From NCBI GenBank assembly GCA_034530615.2, contig JAVRCV020000049.1, positions 96,001-160,000 of the forward strand: a DNA stretch of 64,000 nt, read 5' to 3'. The notes below the pieces were generated by a model that was not told the origin of the DNA, did no database searches, and saw only the letters and a list, made by a program, of their open reading frames with translations. Shown one piece after another: positions 56,812-64,000 of the stretch (its first letter is position 1; every line of letters begins with the position of its first letter). A program made the translations under genes and the position numbers. The stretch is from Aulosira sp. ZfuVER01. Its GTDB lineage: Bacteria; Cyanobacteriota; Cyanobacteriia; Cyanobacteriales; Nostocaceae.

Positions 56812-58260
56812 ATGGCACAACCAAAAGTACTAAAAAATTCTCTGTCACTTTTAATCAATCGTTTGACACAAGGGATTACAACCTTTATATTAACTGCTGC
56901 TATAGCTCGTAATTTAGGAGCTTATTCTTTAGGGCAATACCTACTAGCAGTCAGCTATTACTACATCTTTGTCAACTTTGCTTCCCAAGCTTTAAAGACT
57001 TTGTTTACACGAGAATTAGCTCGTTCACCAGAAGAAACACCTCTTTATTTGGTAAGCGGTAGTTTCTTGCAGTTAATTCTTAGTATTTTAGGTTATGTAG
57101 GACTTGTGATTTGGGTATTTGTATTACCCTACAGTCCTGATACCTCACTTGTCTGTTACATCATGGGCTTAACAATTGTGCCCTTTGCACTTTCTAATAT
57201 TACAGAGGCCGTTTTCCAATCCCAAGAGAAAATGCATCTGATAACTATTTCTACAGTGCCAATTTACATCCTGCGTTTATTAGTAATGCTTTGGGCAATG
57301 CAGCTGCACTATGGAGTTGTATATCTTGCAGGAATATTGATGATTTCAGAATCTATAATTCTGGTCATCGAATGGTTAATACTCACAAAAATGATTAAAC
57401 CTCAATGGCAGATTAAGCGAGATTTTATTTGGAAGACTCTCAAGACTGCTCGGACATTTTTCGCGATTGAAGGCGTCGGTATTATTGCTAGTAAGTTAGA
57501 TGTACTTATCCTCTCTCTTTTAGGTAACGAGTTCTTGATTGGTCTTTATGGCGCTGTAGTTCAATTGATGCAGCCATTTTCTATCGTTGCTAATAGTGCA
57601 AATATGGCAGCATTTCCAACTATGTCAAAGGCAGTAGCCTTGGGAAAGGAAAAACAGCGTCAGTCTACAGAAAATATCATTGAAGTTCTACTTTGTATGG
57701 GACTGCCTTTTGCAGTTGGTCTGTGGTTCTTTGGTGAAGAACTATTATTATTTGTTTATAAAGATAAAAACTTTTTGCAGGCAGAAGTAATTTTACATCT
57801 TATTTCCTTGACAATTATTGCGTCAACCTTTTGTCGTGCACTCAGTAATTTGTTAATAGCGAATGGCTTAGAAAAATTTAATCTAGTGGAAGTAGCTGTA
57901 ACATCTACAGCCGGAGGTTTAGCGGGTGTAATCTTGATTCCCCACTTTAAGCTAGTAGGTGCAGCATCGATGGCTTTAGTAATGACTTTTAGTAGCTTTA
58001 GTTTATATATGTATACTGCCTACCGTCGCTTGTTTGCATTGCGATTATGGCAAGTTTTCCGTCGTCCGCTGCTAATTACCTGTTTAATGTCAGGTGTATT
58101 TTTTATACTTCAAAAGCTTGCTCTAGACTTCTTATTAACCTTGATTATCTCGATTTCTACTTACGGTTTGTTAATAGGTTTAATGGCAGTTCATCAAGTT
58201 GGAGGATGGAATAAGATAAAGCAAAAGATTTTTAAGCAGAGTAACTATGCTGAAAAATAA
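56812..58260 (+). CDS. Wzx-type flippase
   Basis: Many TM segments, MOP-family pattern, position in a polysaccharide cluster. Confidence 0.85.
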   Translation: MAQPKVLKNSLSLLINRLTQGITTFILTAAIARNLGAYSLGQYLLAVSYYYIFVNFASQALKTLFTRELARSPEETPLYLVSGSFLQLILSILGYVGLVIWVFVLPYSPDTSLVCYIMGLTIVPFALSNITEAVFQSQEKMHLITISTVPIYILRLLVMLWAMQLHYGVVYLAGILMISESIILVIEWLILTKMIKPQWQIKRDFIWKTLKTARTFFAIEGVGIIASKLDVLILSLLGNEFLIGLYGAVVQLMQPFSIVANSANMAAFPTMSKAVALGKEKQRQSTENIIEVLLCMGLPFAVGLWFFGEELLLFVYKDKNFLQAEVILHLISLTIIASTFCRALSNLLIANGLEKFNLVEVAVTSTAGGLAGVILIPHFKLVGAASMALVMTFSSFSLYMYTAYRRLFALRLWQVFRRPLLITCLMSGVFFILQKLALDFLLTLIISISTYGLLIGLMAVHQVGGWNKIKQKIFKQSNYAEK

Positions 58261-58422
58261 CAATTCTATAGGTTCGATTGACCTACTTTTACTTGTAAAT
58301 AAGGCTATGTAAAAATTAGCTAGCACAAATAAGCAATTCCCTGCATTTGGCTAACTAACCGAAAACTAAGCTTCCCGAAACAATCAAAAATTCATTTAAT
58401 TAGTTTTAAACTTATAAATCTA

Positions 58423-59529
58423 ATGGCTCCTAGAGTTGCACTGCTAAATTTTTGCTTTGATGATTATACTATTGAGCTAGCCAATAGTTTAGTCAACTAT
58501 GTTGATTTAACATTAATTCAACAAGAGAAAAGTGCTGAGACTTGTCGAGGCGTTCTTGATGAGCGTATCCCTGTGCTGAGGTTTGAAAAACCTGCCATGC
58601 GTAATCCCAAGAATATATTCGCTATGGCAGAAATGGTGCGCTTGATTCGAGAAGTTAACCCTGATGTTCTGCATGTCCAAGAAGCATACGATATTTGGTA
58701 TTTATTAACGATTTTGCTCAAGAAAATGCCACCTTTGGTGACAACTATTCATGATGTATTTAGCCACCCAGGTGATGGAGAAACAGTATTTGGTTCTGAG
58801 TATACTCGCCCTATTTCTTTTCGTAATTCGCAACAATTGATTGTCCATACTCAGCAACATAAACAAACTCTAAATCAGCAATTTCGTATACCTGAAGAAC
58901 AAATCAATGTTTTACCACATGGTGAACTCGGTAGTTTATATCAACGCCGCAGCCCGAAAGTAAACCTGCCAAGAGAGCCATATACCTTACTATTTTTTGG
59001 GCGAATTTGGCCATACAAAGGCTTAAAATATTTGCTGCAAGCCATACCATTAGTCGCTGAACGTTTTCCAGAGGTAAAGCTGATTATTGCTGGCAGAGGC
59101 GAAAATATTAATCAATATTTTCCTCATGGCTATGACGAACAACGCTATGAAATTATGAATAATTACATTTCTTACGAAGATGTAGTGAGATTATTTGAAC
59201 GCAGTACAGCTACAGTTTTACCTTATATTGAAGCATCTCAAAGTGGTGTAGCAGCATTATCTTATGGGATGGGAACGCCAATCATTGCTTCGGAAATAGG
59301 CGGTTTAAAAGAGATAGTTAGACACGGAGAGGATGGTTTTTTGGTTCCGCCTGGTGATGTTCAAGCACTGGCTGATGCAATTATAGATCTGTTGAGCGAT
59401 CGCCAGTTGCAACAGAAAATGCAAATAGCGGCACTATCTCGCTCTAAAAATGACTTAAACTGGTCAAATATTGCTGCGCAAACAGTAGAAGTCTACGAAA
59501 AGTTATTGCATAATACTAAAAGTATTTAA
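58423..59529 (+). CDS. Glycosyltransferase family 4
   Basis: TIHD, FFGRIWPYKG, SQSGV, GGLKE. Confidence 0.9.
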   Translation: MAPRVALLNFCFDDYTIELANSLVNYVDLTLIQQEKSAETCRGVLDERIPVLRFEKPAMRNPKNIFAMAEMVRLIREVNPDVLHVQEAYDIWYLLTILLKKMPPLVTTIHDVFSHPGDGETVFGSEYTRPISFRNSQQLIVHTQQHKQTLNQQFRIPEEQINVLPHGELGSLYQRRSPKVNLPREPYTLLFFGRIWPYKGLKYLLQAIPLVAERFPEVKLIIAGRGENINQYFPHGYDEQRYEIMNNYISYEDVVRLFERSTATVLPYIEASQSGVAALSYGMGTPIIASEIGGLKEIVRHGEDGFLVPPGDVQALADAIIDLLSDRQLQQKMQIAALSRSKNDLNWSNIAAQTVEVYEKLLHNTKSI

Positions 59530-59536
59530 TATAAAT

Positions 59537-60829
59537 ATGAGAAAAATTCTGCTTTTTTCCGAGCAAGTATTTACGGTGTTTACGTTGCTAGTTTATTCTG
59601 GAGGTCTTTTAATACTGATACTTTCAGGAGGAGCAAACGAAACAGATACAACCGTTAATTATGATACTAGTGTATATCAATTAATATGCGTATTAATATA
59701 TCTAGTTACATTATTTCTTTTACTTCTCCGTTGGAAGAGCACAATTTATGTATTAACACAAAATAAATTAATTTGGCTATTGGTAGGGCTTAGTTTATTT
59801 TCTATACTTTGGTCTTTTGCACCTGGAACAACAATAAAAGATAGTCTTAGGCTGATTGGCTCAAGCCTATTCGGAGTTTACTTTGCCAGCCGCTATACTC
59901 TCAAACAGCAAATGCAACTATTAGCTTGGATGTGCGGTATTGCCATAGTCCTGAGTTTTATATTTGCTGTGGCATTACCCAAATACGGAATTATGGGCGG
60001 AGTACATGCAGGTAAATGGCGGGGCATATTTGTCCATAAAAATGGTCTAGGTGCCAGTATGCTCAACAGCAGCATTGTATTTTTATTGATGGCTGTTGGA
60101 TTTAAAAAAAATCGCCAATTTTTCTGGCTGGGTTTCGGTTTATCTGTACTGCTCATATTACTTTCTAGTTCAACTTCAGCATTGATTAATTTAGCAATGC
60201 TAATAGTTTTATTCGTAGCTTTACGAGCTTTATGGTTGCCATATTATGTAATGATACCTGCGATTTTAGGTATAGCAATCATAGGCGAAATTATCTATTT
60301 TGGATTCACCAATAGTGCAGATTTAATATTTGGTCTCTTTGGTAAGAGTTCAAATCTTAGTGGTCGCGGAGATCTATGGTCTTACGTGTTTGACATGATT
60401 TGGAAACAGCCTTGGTTAGGGTATGGATATGGTGGCTTTTGGAACGGCTGGAATGGAGAGTCTGCTTATATTTGGCGTGTTCAAGCTTGGACTCCCACCC
60501 ATCCACATAATGGATTTTTAGCTATATGGTTAGATTTGGGTTTATTAGGGCTTTCAATATTCTTTTTAGGCTTTGTCATCAATTACATCCAGTCCCTGGC
60601 TTTTGTTCGTGTTAGTAGAAAGATAGAAGCTTTTTTTCCGGTAATGCACATGACTGCTTTATTACTCACAAATTTGACGGAAACGGCATTACTAGGAACT
60701 GATAGTATTACTTGGATTATTTATATCGCCTTAGCTGCCTCAATGAAAATAGAAATGAACGAATTCATGAAGAGGAAAAATTTCTATAGTATTCATCAGC
60801 AACAACAAAATTACTTGATTCAAGGTTAA
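59537..60829 (+). CDS. Wzy polymerase / O-antigen ligase family protein (ExoQ-like)
   Basis: WRGIFVHKN, LSGR..W, PWLGYGYGGFW, HPHNG. Confidence 0.85.
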   Translation: MRKILLFSEQVFTVFTLLVYSGGLLILILSGGANETDTTVNYDTSVYQLICVLIYLVTLFLLLLRWKSTIYVLTQNKLIWLLVGLSLFSILWSFAPGTTIKDSLRLIGSSLFGVYFASRYTLKQQMQLLAWMCGIAIVLSFIFAVALPKYGIMGGVHAGKWRGIFVHKNGLGASMLNSSIVFLLMAVGFKKNRQFFWLGFGLSVLLILLSSSTSALINLAMLIVLFVALRALWLPYYVMIPAILGIAIIGEIIYFGFTNSADLIFGLFGKSSNLSGRGDLWSYVFDMIWKQPWLGYGYGGFWNGWNGESAYIWRVQAWTPTHPHNGFLAIWLDLGLLGLSIFFLGFVINYIQSLAFVRVSRKIEAFFPVMHMTALLLTNLTETALLGTDSITWIIYIALAASMKIEMNEFMKRKNFYSIHQQQQNYLIQG

Positions 60830-60838
60830 TAAACAACA

Positions 60839-61930
60839 ATGCGAATACTAATGTTGGGAGCTAGCTTACAACAAAATGGAGGAATAGCAACTGTTGAAAA
60901 ATTGATAATTCAACATATTGCTCCTAATATTAAAATTCAGCATATTACTACCCATGATGAGGGTTCAATTTCTCACAGACTTGTAGTGTTTGGTAAGGCT
61001 GTTGCAAAGTTGCTGTGGAGTCTTTTCAGCCAAAAAATCGCTCTGGTACATATTCATCTTTCTGATGGTGGTAGCGTTTTACGCAAAGCTATTTTGGTAC
61101 TTTTGGCTGCAATATTCGGTAAACCTGTATTAATGCACGCTCATGGGGCTGAATTCCATGTAACTTATCAAAAGCTACCTAAATGGGCACAGCAAGCTGT
61201 CAGTTGGGTATTTCGTCAGTGCCAAGGATTTATTGTCCTCTCAAGAACCTGGCAAGATTACTATGTTGCGAACCTGGGGTTAAATCCAAAGCAAGTTATT
61301 GTTATGCCTAACCCTACCCAACTACCTGCACAGGTTCCCAATCGTCAAAATCCTACTCAGATTAATGTAGTGTTTTGCGGGCGAGTAGGTCAGCGCAAAG
61401 GAGCTTTTGATTTAATCGAGGCATTTGCCAAATTACCCGATCGCCAAAAACAATCCACTCGATTAATTCTGGCAGGCGATGGCGAGATTGCCAAAGCACA
61501 GCAGCTAGCAGCTAGTCTCAACCTAACAGAACAAGTGACTTTTCTGGGTTGGATTAATTCTCAGCAAAGAGATGAGTTGTTATCTCAGGCAGATATGTTT
61601 GTTCTGCCTTCCTATAACGAAGGTCTGCCAATGGCCATCCTAGAAGCTATGGGCTGGGGTTTGCCCATAATTGCCACACCTGTAGGAGGGATACCAGAAT
61701 TAGTAATTGCCAAACAAAACGGACTGTTAGTTACTCCCGGTAATATTCAACAGTTATCACAAGCAATGGAGTTGTTAATTGCCGATGAAAACTTACGGCT
61801 CTCTCTAGGTACAGTTGCTAGAAAAAATGTTGAAAAATTTGATATTAGAAATTATTGCCATCATTTAGCTGAAATCTATTATTCATTATCAGAATTGCAT
61901 CAAACAAAGGAGGTAGTTCATGAGAATTAA
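60839..61930 (+). CDS. Glycosyltransferase family 4
   Basis: GRVGQRKG, LPSYNEGLPMAILEAM, VGGIPE. Confidence 0.92.
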   Translation: MRILMLGASLQQNGGIATVEKLIIQHIAPNIKIQHITTHDEGSISHRLVVFGKAVAKLLWSLFSQKIALVHIHLSDGGSVLRKAILVLLAAIFGKPVLMHAHGAEFHVTYQKLPKWAQQAVSWVFRQCQGFIVLSRTWQDYYVANLGLNPKQVIVMPNPTQLPAQVPNRQNPTQINVVFCGRVGQRKGAFDLIEAFAKLPDRQKQSTRLILAGDGEIAKAQQLAASLNLTEQVTFLGWINSQQRDELLSQADMFVLPSYNEGLPMAILEAMGWGLPIIATPVGGIPELVIAKQNGLLVTPGNIQQLSQAMELLIADENLRLSLGTVARKNVEKFDIRNYCHHLAEIYYSLSELHQTKEVVHEN

Positions 61931-62678
61931 TATTTGTGGCGTGGAAATCGATAAATATAGTTTTAACGAAGTTGTTAACCAAATTGTTGCTCATGCGCTA
62001 TCAAAAGGTAGACCAGAATATGTTGTGACTCCTAATGCCATGCATATTTTGTCCTTGCAAAAAGATGCCTTTTTTAGAGAGATTTATCGTCAGGCTTTTT
62101 TAGTTGTGCCAGATGGTGTTTCCTTATTGTGGGCAGCTAAGTTTTTGCAAACTCCCCTTAAAGGTAGAGTAAATGGCACAGATTTATTTGAAAAACTCTG
62201 TGCTATTGCAGCAGAAAAAGGATTAAGAGTCTTTTTATTGGGTGGCCGTCCTGGAGCCGCTGAACAAGCCAAACAAAAGTTAAAAGCTAGACATCCTAAT
62301 TTAGATATTGTGGGTACTTATTGTCCTCCTTATGGATTTGAGTCCCAGCCAGAAGAATTAGAATCGATTAACGCCAAAATTAAAGCTGCATCTCCCGATA
62401 TTCTCTTTGTTGGCTTAGGCGCACCCAAGCAAGAAAAATGGATAGCTAATAATTATTTAGAGCTAAAAGTGCCAATTTCTATCGGAATTGGCGTTAGCTT
62501 TGAGCTAGTTGCCGATATGGTTAGAAGAGCGCCAGTTTGGATGCAGAAAGCAGGCTTAGAATGGTTATTTCGCTTAATTGTTGAGCCTAGCCGTTTGTGG
62601 AAACGATATATCTTGGGTAATCCTACATTTATTTGGTTGGTACTAAAGCAACGCTTTGGTGCATTGAAGTTTAACTAA
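61920..62678 (+). CDS. WecB/TagA/CpsF family glycosyltransferase (GT26)
   Basis: VTPN, PDG, RVNGTDL, GLGAPKQE, RAP, GLEWLFRL..EP.RLWKRY. Confidence 0.93.
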   Translation: MRINICGVEIDKYSFNEVVNQIVAHALSKGRPEYVVTPNAMHILSLQKDAFFREIYRQAFLVVPDGVSLLWAAKFLQTPLKGRVNGTDLFEKLCAIAAEKGLRVFLLGGRPGAAEQAKQKLKARHPNLDIVGTYCPPYGFESQPEELESINAKIKAASPDILFVGLGAPKQEKWIANNYLELKVPISIGIGVSFELVADMVRRAPVWMQKAGLEWLFRLIVEPSRLWKRYILGNPTFIWLVLKQRFGALKFN

Positions 62679-62720
62679 TCATCAATATCATAATTTTGCT
62701 GAAATTAAGAGGGTAAGAAA

Positions 62721-63776
62721 TTGAAAATAAGTATTGGGATACTCGCCTATAATGAGGCGAATTGTATTAGCAACACGCTGCAATCTCTATTTCAACAAAG
62801 CATATTTAAAGAGGTTGATACCAACACAGCAATTGAAGTTGTGGTAGTGCCCAATGGTTGTAGTGATGACACAGCTGCGATCGCCAGTAATACATTACAA
62901 AATTTGGTGCAGTCTGCTGCTAATCCTTCTGTATCTTGGAGTGTCTGCGAAGTTAAAGAAGCAGGTAAGCCAAATGCTTGGAATCATTACGTCCATGAGT
63001 TTTCCGATTCCAACGCTGACTATATGTTTCTAATGGATGCGGACATTCAGTTTCTTGCACCTACCACTCTTTACTCAATGGTTGAGACTCTGGAAGTCAA
63101 TCCCAATGCTTGGGTATCTGTAGATACTTTGGTTAAGGACGTGGCTCTGAAGCAGCAAAAAAGCCTCATAGATAAATTGTCTCTTGCTGCGTCACGAATA
63201 TCGGGAGCTAAATCAGTTTGGATCTGCGGACAGCTGTACTGTTCTCGCGCTTCTGTATTACGCAGAATTTGGATGCCCAAAGGTATTGAGGTTGAAGACG
63301 GTTTCGTGTGGAAAATGGTTGTCACCGATTTGTTGACTTCACCAGAAATGCCAGAACGAGTAGTGCGTGCTAATTCTGCATCTCATGTTTTTGAAGCTTA
63401 CACCGATATAAGTCGTTTATTGCGGCACGAACAATGGTTGATTTTAGCTAACACAATCAATACATTTATCTATAACGATTTACAGTCAAGTTGCAACAAG
63501 CTGCAAGATGCTGGTGCGATCGTTAAGTTGAGAAACGAACAAGACCCTTCTTGGGTAAGTAAGCTGATTCAGTCAAAGGTGTCTCAAAAGAATGGATGGG
63601 CTATCCCTGAGTGGTTGCTACTGCGCCGATTTAAGAGCCTCTTCAATTTATCCTTACATAAGGCATTAATCTTTTTTCCCATTGCCATCACAGCGTTTCT
63701 TGTAGACTTATTAGTTTGTTTCCAAGCTAATAATCGACTGCACAGGTGGGAGGAATATAGTTCTAACAAAACTTGA
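62721..63776 (+). CDS. Glycosyltransferase family 2-like protein
   Basis: ISIGILAYNE, NGCSDDT, MDAD, VEDG. Confidence 0.8.
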   Translation: MKISIGILAYNEANCISNTLQSLFQQSIFKEVDTNTAIEVVVVPNGCSDDTAAIASNTLQNLVQSAANPSVSWSVCEVKEAGKPNAWNHYVHEFSDSNADYMFLMDADIQFLAPTTLYSMVETLEVNPNAWVSVDTLVKDVALKQQKSLIDKLSLAASRISGAKSVWICGQLYCSRASVLRRIWMPKGIEVEDGFVWKMVVTDLLTSPEMPERVVRANSASHVFEAYTDISRLLRHEQWLILANTINTFIYNDLQSSCNKLQDAGAIVKLRNEQDPSWVSKLIQSKVSQKNGWAIPEWLLLRRFKSLFNLSLHKALIFFPIAITAFLVDLLVCFQANNRLHRWEEYSSNKT

Positions 63777-63821
63777 TCCTCTGTAGTGAAGAAAAACGCT
63801 TATCCAGGAGATTAATTAGCA

Positions 63822-64000
63822 ATGACAAACGAAGGGTTGCTTAACAGGCGCAGTTTCCTCTACTTAGGTTTAGGGACGGCGGCTAGCCTAGGTGCTTTGA
63901 CAATGGGCAAAGCAATAAATCCCCAGCAGCAGATTCAAGCTGTTACTCCTTTAAGAAGAGACTTCAGCGTAGTTGGGCAAACCCCGTTAAAACAACGTGC
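63822..64000 (+). CDS. Tat-exported protein, 3'-truncated (possibly a glycoside hydrolase)
   Basis: RBS aggag; MTNEGLLNRRSFLYLGLGTAASLGAL twin-arginine signal; frame open to the window end. Confidence 0.7.
   Translation, partial: MTNEGLLNRRSFLYLGLGTAASLGALTMGKAINPQQQIQAVTPLRRDFSVVGQTPLKQR

Overview
AT-rich chromosomal window from a filamentous heterocystous (Nostoc/Anabaena-like) cyanobacterium. The assignment rests on abundant HIP1 octamers (GCGATCGC), heptamer/octamer STRR runs and the gene content. Housekeeping genes include putA, pyrC, glgB, an ftsL-like gene with ftsI, obgE and clpB. Accessory genes include a protealysin-emfourin pair, a GC-rich katG lying among IS remnants and nested repeats, a NIL-domain + SBP56 (methanethiol oxidase-like) pair, a heme-oxygenase-like diiron enzyme + NPPY methyltransferase pair abutting an orphan IucA/IucC synthetase, two large signalling kinases and the start of a Wzx/Wzy exopolysaccharide cluster. 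The ORF track misses a rubredoxin (51782-51946) and a Tat-exported protein cut by the window end. The most intriguing unexplained structure is a hairpin-forming 21/63-bp tandem array (14234-14443), open on both strands, just upstream of an uncharacterised 127-aa helical protein. It sits beside a four-layer nested repeat and an IS end that appears to target REP-like palindromes. No rRNA, tRNA or CRISPR array was seen. All annotations come from motif recognition by eye; no searches were run.
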